A DNA stretch of 64,000 nt from Nitrosarchaeum sp. (GCA_965223865.1 OZ245020.1:608001-672000); one strand, 5' to 3'; shown: positions 42,007 to 51,287, counted from the first letter of the stretch. A program made the numbers and translations. Notes: generated by a model from the sequence alone, not told the origin.

Positions 42007-42405
42007 GAACAAGACCTAGACATCCTAAATTCAAGGAGAAGTTTAGAGAACGAATCAACATGACATCAAACGAGAATAAATAATTGAATCAGAACAAGAT
42101 TTGGAAATTATAATGAAGATTATAATCTTGATTTAAGGTTGCACGGAACCGTGCTATATTTACTCCATACATGCTGTGCTTAGTTATCTAAAAAACATCA
42201 TTATTGTTGATTATATCCTCTGTTTTCAGAAATGACAAAGGACGATTTTAGTATCGGTAATCTTTCCCATACAATACATGCTGTGCTCCCAGTCAAATTT
42301 GAACTGCTAAAATATGCCCAATTTTTATCTGTCTTTCAATCCTAAATAAAATATACCATCAAATTATCAGCACATTTCAAACTAAATTCTAGTCTATACC
42401 ATAAT

Positions 42406-43278
42406 ACGGCCAAAATAAAATATATACAAAAAAATTTTAGAAACAAGACAAAAGAGCTATTAGATCACATCATTAGTATAATAGAAGAATATGAAGTGAT
42501 GGGCTACAATCTTACGGTAAGACAAGTCTACTATCAGCTTGTATCACGAGATATAATACCTAACAGTCTTGGTTCATACCAGCTTACAAGTAGGGTTCTC
42601 AAAGATGCCAGAATGTCTGGATTAGTTGATTGGGACACCATAGAGGACAGAGTAAGACAAATAATCATGCCTAGTGAGTTTGATGACATCTCAGAGTTTA
42701 TTGATGCTGCCATAAGCTCGTACAGATTACCCAGATGGAAAGACCAAGACCATTACGTTGAGGTGATTGTGGAAAAAGAGGCCCTTGCTGGAATACTACA
42801 ACCACTGACAAGAAGATACCATGTGTTGTTGCTTCCAAACAAGGGATACTCATTTGCTAGTGCAATTCATGAGGCAGCTCAGAGAATCATATACAATACA
42901 ACCAGCGACAAACAATGCCATATTCTGTATCTAAGAGACCATGACCCAAGCGGTATTGATATGGTTCGTGACATTAAAGACAGATTATCCAAATTACGTT
43001 GTACCGTATCAGTTGAAAAGATTGCCCTTACCATGGAGCAGATAGAACAGTATGATCCTCCACCAAATCTTGCCAAAAAGTCAGATCCAAGATCAAAAAA
43101 GTATGTTTCTGAATATGGAAACAAGTCATGGGAATTGGATGCCCTAAAACCTGAAGTTCTAAATGAACTGGTTGAATCTAACATCAAAAAGTATCTCGAT
43201 ATGGAAAAATACGATGATATAGTATCTCAGGAGAATAGTGAGAAAATGAGACTAGTTGAACTTTCTGAGGATGTTTGA
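42406..43278 (+). CDS. Topo VI-A / Spo11-like wHTH + TOPRIM protein; the likely original start reads ACG
   Basis: LTVRQVYYQL, EVIVEKEAL, DHDPSG and WELDAL motifs. The frame stays open 30 codons upstream of the track start, back to ACG 42406. Confidence 0.75.
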   Translation, partial: TAKIKYIQKNFRNKTKELLDHIISIIEEYEVMGYNLTVRQVYYQLVSRDIIPNSLGSYQLTSRVLKDARMSGLVDWDTIEDRVRQIIMPSEFDDISEFIDAAISSYRLPRWKDQDHYVEVIVEKEALAGILQPLTRRYHVLLLPNKGYSFASAIHEAAQRIIYNTTSDKQCHILYLRDHDPSGIDMVRDIKDRLSKLRCTVSVEKIALTMEQIEQYDPPPNLAKKSDPRSKKYVSEYGNKSWELDALKPEVLNELVESNIKKYLDMEKYDDIVSQENSEKMRLVELSEDV

Positions 43279-43288
43279 GGGGTTTTGG

Positions 43289-43410
43289 ATTCAAAACCTC
43301 AGTTCACAGATTCGGTTCATTGTTCTGGTTCATAAAAAATGCCATATTCTATGTATTATAATAAAAAGTGTGGGAACTATGCCGGTGAACCACATTTGTG
43401 AACCGGCATA
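43289..43410. repeat. 13-bp-periodic GTTCA / TGAAC array flanking an AT-rich spacer
   Basis: ATTCA 43289; GTTCA 43302, 43315, 43328; GGAAC 43373; TGAAC 43386, 43399. Confidence 0.7.
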
Positions 43411-44815
43411 ATTGAGATTTTGTGTATCTGATCTTGCTCTATGTCCATCGTATCTAATATTTCTTGAATCTTGTCCTGAGTGTCTGCATAACACCAGACT
43501 TCAATTTTTGAAAACCATTTCAGATTCTTTGTCATGTTTGATTTGATCTGCTCTGGATGTGATCTTATCTCCTGCGGAGATTCTATCTCTATTGCTGCTG
43601 CATTTAGTATGTCAAATCCCTCGTTATCAGGTATTGGTATTGCAATACAGTCTGGCTGCTCTATTGAGATGTCCTGTTTGAGTGCCTCAAAGTAGTTCTC
43701 GCAATCAAGATGATGTTTTTTGCTTGTTGTATGAGATAAAATGACTTCATGCCTCCTTCTCTTTGGTTCTCAAGTACTGGGTTGAACAGCCTGTCAAGTT
43801 TTGGAGACAAGTCAAACTCTATCCTTGATTCGCCCTTTTCCATGGTAACCAAACCAAGATTTGCCAGGTTTTGCAGCCGGGATTTGGCATCAGACTTGTT
43901 GACACCTGACAGTCCAGATATTTGCGACAGATTTGGCCTGTATGATTTGTCAGAGATTTGCCTGTTTTGCAGCAGATTGTACATAACGATGCACAGCTTG
44001 TGAAGCTTTGGCCTGTATCCAGACAAATTTACAGATATCATGGAAAGTATCTTTTGGCTCTTTTGGATGTCAGTTGGATATGACGATAATGATGATGTGC
44101 CACTTTGTTCTGGGCTTGTCTTTACTACGTCTGCAGTGATGCTGTCATCTTTAGGCGATTCTGTATCATTTGATGTATCTTCAGAGTCATCATCTTTTTC
44201 TTCTAATAACACCTTGATCTCATCTACAATCCTGTCGGCCAGATTGTCATTGCCAGTTCTGCACATGTCAAGTGTCTCATCACAATACCTGTAGAGTCTT
44301 GGAATGTGTTTCTCTATCTCCTGCTTTGCTGAATCTCTGGCATAGTCTTTGATCTTTTGGTCTATCTGCAGCTTTTCTGCAAAGCTTGCCATATTTGACT
44401 GGATTGATTTGGCATTGTTGTCGTGGTCTGTTTGTATTGTGTCAGCTGTGTCTTTGAGGTAGGATATTGCCTGTGATAATTGCTCAGATATGGAGTTGAG
44501 ATCAAACCTGAACAGATCTGTACCTCTCTCTGTTCCTTTTGAGAACATTATCCATGATCCCAAAGAACAACTACCAGCAATTGCAGCAGTTATTACTCCG
44601 TCGTAGTTGGCATCAATCCGTATCAGTGGAAGTATGACCATTCCGTCATAGATTGCAACAACAAGTATTGTGATTACTCGCACTGCATTTTCCTCTAGTC
44701 TGATTTTTTGCAGCTTGCCTGCTTGTATGGAACCGCCTATCGCATATGGTAGTCCCATTGTGGCAACAACGGCAGCAATCAGAAATATCACATCTAGCAT
44801 TTGTGGTTCAATCAT
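43377..44815 (-). pseudogene. 3-TM + coiled-coil + wHTH + PD-(D/E)xK-like protein, frameshifted at an A6 tract (43716-43721)
   Basis: The track ORF 43661-44815 continues in another frame as HHLDCENYFEALKQDISIEQPDCIAIP...AAIEIESPQE.RSHPEQ...*. Confidence 0.6.
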
Positions 44816-44913
44816 TGTTGATGTGACCTCCTACTCTTTGCAGTCCCATATGTTGTTGTCATAGTGATGATGGTTGTGACAATGTGGTTCTTTTTTCCTG
44901 AACTTTTCTTCAT
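44812..44913 (-). CDS. 33-aa basic peptide with ATGA overlap to the downstream gene
   Basis: MKKSSGKKNHIVTTIITMTTTYGTAKSRRSHQQ; TATA-like sequence about 20 nt upstream. Confidence 0.4.
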   Translation of the reverse strand: MKKSSGKKNHIVTTIITMTTTYGTAKSRRSHQQ

Positions 44914-44988
44914 ACAATAGTATGCTGGTTTATTTAAAAGGCAAAAAACTGCAAAGGGTTGCTTTTAAGCAAATCAGAATATTAGATT

Positions 44989-45324
44989 ATGAAAGAAAAT
45001 AACCGGAAAATTCTGACTGCAGAGCTTGCCAGATTACAAAAGATAACTGGATGTATGTACGGGTTTGATCTGGTGTGGAAACCTCTTGCTAAATCAAACA
45101 TTGAAGGTAAGGTTGAGGAAAACACAATCACGATACACTCAGAAAATATCAATGATGCCATAGATACACTACAACATGAGTTTATTGACTATATGATCAG
45201 CCAGTCAATTCATCCATATGTCGCATTGGTAAATTCACTGATATCCATAATATCAAGACAAGCATACAAGACAAAAGAGAATACAGTTGAGGGTTTGATA
45301 AAGATAATCAATTCAAAAAGCTAG
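44989..45324 (+). CDS. Hypothetical protein with degenerate zincin-like TLQHE motif
   Basis: ITIHSE...IDTLQHEFIDY; converges on the integrase. Confidence 0.6.
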   Translation: MKENNRKILTAELARLQKITGCMYGFDLVWKPLAKSNIEGKVEENTITIHSENINDAIDTLQHEFIDYMISQSIHPYVALVNSLISIISRQAYKTKENTVEGLIKIINSKS

Positions 45325-46691
45325 CCAACCTTTCTTCTAATTATTATGCGATTTTTAGCAAGTTCCTTGATTGGCTCCCAGCCCTGTATTATATGAGACA
45401 ACAGTTGTTCATCATCCGTAACAATCTTTCCATCATATGGTTTTGGCGATTGTATCTTTTTGATTATCTCATGTCTTATCTCTTCTGTTTCTTGTTCTAT
45501 ATCGAACATTTTTCCTGTAGAGATTCGTTGTTTTTCTATTTTGATTTTGAATGGATCAATTCCGTAAAGCTTTGCTTGTTCTTTCCACATCTCAAGCAGC
45601 ATTTCCTTTTTGTTTTGTATGTTGTTTTCTGTGTTAATCGTACACAAGAATTGCTGGCTGTTTATGTATGCTCTTCTCATGTCTGCCATCATCTCATCAG
45701 TCAGTATGCCCTTGTTAGTTGTGTATCTTGCTTCAATGTCTCCCTTGTGACCCATAAAGAACTGCCTGTATGCATGAGTCATCTTTCCATGACTTTCGGC
45801 AAGTAGCAGTTGTGTGTCAAAGTATGCTCTGAGCACGTACGGTCTTGTCTTTGTTATGCTCCATATTGCCTTTCTGATGTCGGCTGTGATTCTGGGAGTT
45901 GTGATGAATCTAGTATTATTTTGATTATGGTTATTTTTCCTTCCTCCTCTTGACTGGTATCCTTGCTCTATGGTTATCAAAGGAGTATCTGAATCCAGCT
46001 TTTCTCCTTGTGCAATTCTATTTCTCAAATACCCAAGAACATATTCGCATCCTTCAGAGGGCAAAAATGTAAAGTACTTGTTCTTTGTTTTGCTAAGGGA
46101 TTTCCTGACAACTATCATTGCTGGGATGTTTTTGAATGTGATCTTTTTGCCATTTGATTCTATTATCAAATCAGGCAAATCTTCCAGTTTAAGGCCGTCT
46201 GTCCCATCAGAATTTCCCATAACTTGCGGTCTAATTCCTGAAAAGGCCATCAGACTGATGCTGGTTCTAGTTCTTGGACTTGACACATTGAGAATTGATT
46301 GTAGCTGCTCTTTTGTTGGAACCTGTTCATCTTGTATGCTTACTGGAATTCCAGCATTTGCAATTTTGATTTTTCTTTTTGGTTCGATATAGTTGAATAC
46401 CAACCAAGACTTTATCGATTTGATTATTCCCTCAACGTAATTTGGTGCATAGTTCTGTGATTCCAGCCAAGAGACATGGTCCAGTAGAATGTTTTCTATT
46501 TTTATGACATCTTTCTTTCCAATCTTTACAAGAGAAGACGGTGTCGTGTTTGTTCTAATGCAAAACAGGTTCAACCTGCGCAATCTAATCTCTGCATTCA
46601 GCTTGCTTCCCCTGCTGGTATTCTGATACCAACGCAGCACATTTTTGTCTTGCAGGAGATTCTTTGCAGATTTTTTACTTTTGATTTTCAT
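45321..46691 (-). CDS. Tyrosine recombinase / integrase
   Basis: SGIRP (Arg I), PYVLRAYF (Arg II), FMGH...ARY (His, Tyr); adjacent to the att site and tRNA. Confidence 0.9.
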   Translation of the reverse strand: MKIKSKKSAKNLLQDKNVLRWYQNTSRGSKLNAEIRLRRLNLFCIRTNTTPSSLVKIGKKDVIKIENILLDHVSWLESQNYAPNYVEGIIKSIKSWLVFNYIEPKRKIKIANAGIPVSIQDEQVPTKEQLQSILNVSSPRTRTSISLMAFSGIRPQVMGNSDGTDGLKLEDLPDLIIESNGKKITFKNIPAMIVVRKSLSKTKNKYFTFLPSEGCEYVLGYLRNRIAQGEKLDSDTPLITIEQGYQSRGGRKNNHNQNNTRFITTPRITADIRKAIWSITKTRPYVLRAYFDTQLLLAESHGKMTHAYRQFFMGHKGDIEARYTTNKGILTDEMMADMRRAYINSQQFLCTINTENNIQNKKEMLLEMWKEQAKLYGIDPFKIKIEKQRISTGKMFDIEQETEEIRHEIIKKIQSPKPYDGKIVTDDEQLLSHIIQGWEPIKELAKNRIIIRRKVG

Positions 46692-46751
46692 TTTCTCTCC
46701 ATGATATCATATTTGATTTGCTTAAAAGCAGGTCTCGAGTTCTGGAGAGTA

Positions 46752-46826
46752 TGGGCCCAAAGGGCTTCGATCCCTTGACCATTGGATTAGAAGTCCAACA
46801 CTCTATCCATGCTGAGCTATAGGCCC
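46752..46826 (-). tRNA. tRNA-Arg(TCT), intronless
   Basis: GGGCCTA/TGGGCCC acceptor stem, TTGGA-CTTCTAA-TCCAA anticodon arm, AAGGG-ATCGAAG-CCCTT T-arm. Confidence 0.95.
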
Positions 46827-46859
46827 AAGAATCTGGAAAGTAATTACCATTTTAAGGGT

Positions 46860-47702
46860 TTACAACCACTTTTTCATATAGTTCTCTCTTTCCATTTTAA
46901 AAAGAAATTGCTGTGCATATCCTGCAAATGGTCCAAAATAATCAATTATTTTTTCGTGTAAGTTTTGATATTGTTTTTCAGTAATTGATTTTGTTTCAAG
47001 TTTGAATGTGTTTGAATAATATTTTTCTAAAATTCTAATCATCCATCTATCCAATGGAAATGCATTTAGTTTTTCTAATGAAAAAAGTAATATGCAATCA
47101 GCAACTTTATTCCCCACACCTGGAACCGATAAAATTATTTCTTTAGCTTCTTGATAACTACATTTTTTCAGATACTCAAAATTAATTTTTTTTGATTCAA
47201 TCATATTGGCAGCCTCAAAAACAAATTTTGATCGATATCCTAATCCACAACTATTGATTTCTTCAATTGATGAGTTTGCAATCGATTTGGAATTTGGAAA
47301 TAAATAAAACTCTTTTTTATCAAATTCGATTTTTTCTCCTAGCTTTTCTGATAGACTCTCAAGATTTGATTTTATCTTCTGAATATTGGAATTTGAAGAC
47401 ACAATAAAAGAAATAAAACATTGAAAAGGATCTTGCCTAAGTATTCTTAATCCCAGATATTTTTTCACTGCTAAACTGACAACCTTGTCTTTTGAAATTG
47501 ATTGGATTATTTCTTTCATATTGTCTTTTTTTCTAAAAAAATCAACTCTGTGATTTTGATATGATGTGATTTGACCTGACTTGTTTACCCTAAAAATATC
47601 TTGTCCATTTACTCCATACCAAAAATTTTTTTGTTTTTTCCATAAAAAGACCTGACCACTATTGATTGTATTTTCGAGATTGATTTGATTAAAGCCTGTC
47701 AT
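46860..47702 (-). CDS. 8-oxoguanine DNA glycosylase (OGG1-like HhH-GPD)
   Basis: SGQVF, LRILRQDP, SSNSNI, GLGYR, PGVGNKVADCILLF and AGYAQQFLF motifs. Confidence 0.9.
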   Translation of the reverse strand: MTGFNQINLENTINSGQVFLWKKQKNFWYGVNGQDIFRVNKSGQITSYQNHRVDFFRKKDNMKEIIQSISKDKVVSLAVKKYLGLRILRQDPFQCFISFIVSSNSNIQKIKSNLESLSEKLGEKIEFDKKEFYLFPNSKSIANSSIEEINSCGLGYRSKFVFEAANMIESKKINFEYLKKCSYQEAKEIILSVPGVGNKVADCILLFSLEKLNAFPLDRWMIRILEKYYSNTFKLETKSITEKQYQNLHEKIIDYFGPFAGYAQQFLFKMERENYMKKWL

Positions 47703-47703
47703 T

Positions 47704-48969
47704 TTAGACAGAAATTGTCTCATTTATTGCTGGGGCATATGCCTCCAAACCAAATTTTTCATGAATTTCTTGTGCAAATTTCTCACACGATTCTGTATCT
47801 CCGTGTACGGTTAAAACTTTGGGATTTCCTTTAATTTTTTTAATTAATTCAAAAAGCTCATTTCTATCTGAATGTCCAGAAAACTCAAATTGTTTTACTT
47901 GAGCTAAAACATTGAGGTCCTTTCCACGTGTTAAAACTTTTCCTGTTTCAAGCAATTTTCTTCCAGGTGTTCCTTCTCCTTGATATGACACTAAAGCAAT
48001 ACCGTTTCTATCATCAAAGGCAAGCTGTTGTAAGTAATAAACTGCATTTCCTCCTACTAACATTCCAGCTGGAGAAATAACTACACATGGTTCTTTCATC
48101 ACTCGTTTTCTTTCTCCATGCTCTCTAATTGAAATTGCATTATTGATTGCATCTGCAAATATTTTCGGATCTCGGAGATACTCAGGGTGTCTAAACATTA
48201 TTTCATTTACCTTTAATGCCATTCCATCCATGATAATTTTGTGTTTGAAATTTGCATTTTTTAAAATACACACAATTTCTTGTGAGCGTTCAACTGAAAA
48301 TGATGGAATAAAAAGAGTTCCTTTCCTATCTATTACCTCGTTTGCAAACTCAATTAATTGTTTTTCTGATTCTTTTCTTGGAATTTGTTCTGTTTGTGAG
48401 TAAGTACTTTCAGTTATCAAAAGATCAATATCTCCTACATCTAAATCTGCTTCACGCAACATTCTAGAACCATGAATTTTGATATCTCCAGTATAGAACA
48501 GTCGCCTTTTTCCTGATTCCACTAAAACAGTGCTTCCTCCAATGACATGTCCTGATTCTCTTAACTCAAATGTAGCATTTCCCTTAGTTATTTTTTGTTT
48601 GAATCCAATCTCTTTTGAATTTCTCATCATATTGTTTAATTCTGGTATGTCAAATGGGTGGGAATTTTTTTCAATTTTTAACATATCTTCAATTAATAAT
48701 TTTGACAAATCAAATGTTGGTGGGGTAGCATATACATCTGTATTGCCACTAACAAAAAGAGAGGGTACATTTCCAGAATGATCAAGATGGGCATGAGTGA
48801 TAACAATTGCATCTAAATCCTTTGGTTTTACATGAAGTGGGTATTCTGGTGGCGTTCCACGTCTACCAAAAAGCACTCCATAATCTAATAGAATCTTTGT
48901 ACCCTCACAATTAACTAAAAAGCCTGAACGACCAACTTCATTTGCCGCACCTAAAACTTTAACATCCAA
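47704..48969 (-). CDS. Beta-CASP metallo-beta-lactamase ribonuclease (aCPSF2-like)
   Basis: THAHLDH, GHVIG, YTGD, ESTY, SGHSD and VHGD motifs. Confidence 0.9.
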   Translation of the reverse strand: MDVKVLGAANEVGRSGFLVNCEGTKILLDYGVLFGRRGTPPEYPLHVKPKDLDAIVITHAHLDHSGNVPSLFVSGNTDVYATPPTFDLSKLLIEDMLKIEKNSHPFDIPELNNMMRNSKEIGFKQKITKGNATFELRESGHVIGGSTVLVESGKRRLFYTGDIKIHGSRMLREADLDVGDIDLLITESTYSQTEQIPRKESEKQLIEFANEVIDRKGTLFIPSFSVERSQEIVCILKNANFKHKIIMDGMALKVNEIMFRHPEYLRDPKIFADAINNAISIREHGERKRVMKEPCVVISPAGMLVGGNAVYYLQQLAFDDRNGIALVSYQGEGTPGRKLLETGKVLTRGKDLNVLAQVKQFEFSGHSDRNELFELIKKIKGNPKVLTVHGDTESCEKFAQEIHEKFGLEAYAPAINETISV

Positions 48970-49083
48970 GGAATAAATTGAATTTTTATCAACGTTAAAA
49001 CCTTCTCACATATGGATCAGATCATTATGTTTAGTAAAGAATCTACAAAAGCTTTAATTAGTGTAAGCTAAGATCCAATCCAC

Positions 49084-49296
49084 ATGGGAAGAAGCTTCCA
49101 AGAATGGTTAGGACAACAAGATCAAGCCGTCGTTGCCAAAACACGTGCAGGCGACGAAGCAAACAAACCTCTTCTTAACCAATTAAACTGGATTTGGGTA
49201 AACAATCTGATGAATCAGAAAGCAGACCTAAATCCATCTTCAGCTGAATTACTTGACTGGGTAACTTCTGGTCAAATAGACGCAATGAGAAAATAA
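49084..49296 (+). CDS. Hypothetical 70-aa protein
   Basis: Intact ORF with a TATA upstream and a hairpin plus T-tract (49296-49327) downstream. Confidence 0.7.
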   Translation: MGRSFQEWLGQQDQAVVAKTRAGDEANKPLLNQLNWIWVNNLMNQKADLNPSSAELLDWVTSGQIDAMRK

Positions 49297-49435
49297 ACGT
49301 GAAAATCACGTTATCTTTTTGTTTTTTAACTTACCTTGTGTGAACCTTGCGCATGATTTTTGCCGATCAATTTCATAACAGGGTTATGAATTTCAATCAT
49401 GGTTTAAATAGTAACCAAGCAATGATCAACTTGTA

Positions 49436-49738
49436 ATGCCAATAGCAATACTTCCAGACATCGATGAACAAAGATGTATCGGATGCGCACTATGTGTAGA
49501 AATCTGTACTTCTCTTGGTCCTGATGTCCTTAGAGTAAAACCTGTTGAAGGCTGGAAGAGAGGTAAAGCATTTGTATTTTATCCAGAAAGATGTATTTCT
49601 GACGGTGCATGCATCGGTGTATGCCCAACAAAATCAATCTTTTGGATGAGACCAATGAATTACACTGCTGGACAACCAGTTCCTCTTCACAAAAACGGTG
49701 TCTTCATCAAGGGTTGGGCAGAAGACGCAGCACTATAA
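49436..49738 (+). CDS. 2x[4Fe-4S] ferredoxin
   Basis: CIGCALCVEIC and CISDGACIGVCP motifs. Confidence 0.93.
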   Translation: MPIAILPDIDEQRCIGCALCVEICTSLGPDVLRVKPVEGWKRGKAFVFYPERCISDGACIGVCPTKSIFWMRPMNYTAGQPVPLHKNGVFIKGWAEDAAL

Positions 49739-49775
49739 GCTGTTTCTAAAGCACACACTTTTTTCTTATTTTTAA

Positions 49776-51287
49776 TTAAAGAATCGATTTCTTCTTGATT
49801 CCTTTTGGAATAGATTTTACATGATAATTTAAGAAATTATCATTCTCATCGAAATAAACCTCTGAAAATTTGTTGTTTTCAAAAAACTTTTTCCATGTAA
49901 TCTCAAATTCTAGAAATTCTTTTGGATTAAAATCCAATCTCGTGGTTTCGTGATGAGCTGCCGGAAATACATCTGAAATCTCAAGAGGGATTAAACCCAG
50001 TTGTGGATTGTATAGACATATTTGAATTGAATCAATATCTGTGATTTTTTTTTTTAAGGACAAATACTGTTGAGACAAATATGCAGGTTTTGTGTTTGTT
50101 TCCTTTGTAAGTAATAGTCTATTCTTTTTTGTTCTGAAATTTCTAACCATTTTATGAAATGACTGTACTTCAGGACGGAATTGATCTTCTTTACCAAAAA
50201 GGAATATTGCTTTTTCCTTAAACTTTGGAGTGGAATTTCCAAGAAAATCAGCATTGCTGGTTAAAACTTCAATCATTTCAAATAATTTTGGATGTGCTCT
50301 TGCTTTTTTTAAGACATATTCCCATAATCTTCCATCATAAATGGCTTGCTTAACTTTGTCTACTTCTAACTTTATGGTATATAGATTATGTAATGCAATC
50401 TTGTTAGTTCTTTCACTGTTTTCTAATTGTCTTAATTCATCAGGAGTATACTTTGAACAAACTTCACAATTGCAAGGAAATACAACAATATCTTTTAGAT
50501 ATCTGGTACCATCTTCTGTAATGTATCTTCCCTGTTTTGCATATAACATGTATGATGCTGAATCAAAAGTATCACATCCAAGAGCCACGGCAAAAGGAAT
50601 TGTTAATGGATGACCGGCACCAAATAGATGCAATGGAATAGAGTGCGGCATGTGTTTTTTTGTAGCTACTATCATTTGTGCTAGTAATTTATATTCATAT
50701 GATTCCATAAACTCAACTGGACTGCCTAAAGCAAGCATCTTAAAACCAATTTTTACTAAACTTTTAGTAGACTTTGCAACCAGATCAAAATGCTCTCCTC
50801 CTTGAACCGGACCAATCCATATTTGTCCATTATCATCACTATTTTGTAACGTCTCTTTTGAAACTCGTAATGTGTGTTTAACATACAATTCAGCTTTTTT
50901 CCAAGGCAATCCATATCCAGTTGGTTTGTCAAGTGGAATTGCAAAATCTGTCATAATACCTTTCTCAAAATTTGCCATTTCATCTGGCAATACTTGAACA
51001 TCTCCATATTCTAGCACCTGATAGCCACCAGAGTCAGTCATTATGGCAGCATCAAAGTCTATTATTTTATGAATTCCTTTTTTTACAGCCTCATCTCCAT
51101 AATTGTTTCTTGTAATGTATGCATTAGTAATTACCAAATCAAAACCTATCTCTCTAATCTTCTTTGATTCAATTGTTTGTTTTACAGGATGAATAACTGG
51201 AACATATGCAGGCGTTTCAATTTTTCCATGATTGGTATAAAGAACTCCAATCCTTCCTGCCAAATCACTTTTTACAATTTCAAACAA
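49776..51287 (-). CDS. tgtA: Archaeosine tRNA-guanine(15) transglycosylase
   Basis: ETPAYVPV, MTDSGGYQ, HLFGAGHP, GCDTFDSA and CNCEVC motifs. Confidence 0.92.
   Translation of the reverse strand: MFEIVKSDLAGRIGVLYTNHGKIETPAYVPVIHPVKQTIESKKIREIGFDLVITNAYITRNNYGDEAVKKGIHKIIDFDAAIMTDSGGYQVLEYGDVQVLPDEMANFEKGIMTDFAIPLDKPTGYGLPWKKAELYVKHTLRVSKETLQNSDDNGQIWIGPVQGGEHFDLVAKSTKSLVKIGFKMLALGSPVEFMESYEYKLLAQMIVATKKHMPHSIPLHLFGAGHPLTIPFAVALGCDTFDSASYMLYAKQGRYITEDGTRYLKDIVVFPCNCEVCSKYTPDELRQLENSERTNKIALHNLYTIKLEVDKVKQAIYDGRLWEYVLKKARAHPKLFEMIEVLTSNADFLGNSTPKFKEKAIFLFGKEDQFRPEVQSFHKMVRNFRTKKNRLLLTKETNTKPAYLSQQYLSLKKKITDIDSIQICLYNPQLGLIPLEISDVFPAAHHETTRLDFNPKEFLEFEITWKKFFENNKFSEVYFDENDNFLNYHVKSIPKGIKKKSIL

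Larger units (their letters stand above)
26851..46763. mobile_element. ~19.9-kb integrated element inserted in the 3' end of tRNA-Arg(TCT)
   Basis: Direct repeat TGGGCCCAAAGG at 26851-26862 and 46752-46763 (the tRNA 3' end). The integrase lies next to the tRNA. The interior has low coding density and many pseudogenes, while both flanks are core genes. Confidence 0.88.

Noticed and set aside
26851-46763. Provirus, casposon or conjugative element
   Set aside because: No recognisable capsid, terminase, Cas1/PolB or VirB4/VirD4 genes; called only an integrated element.
46765-46771. tRNA T-loop ATCGAAG lacking U54
   Set aside because: The stems are intact and, to my recollection, A54-type loops are common in thaumarchaeal tRNAs; not treated as a pseudo-tRNA.
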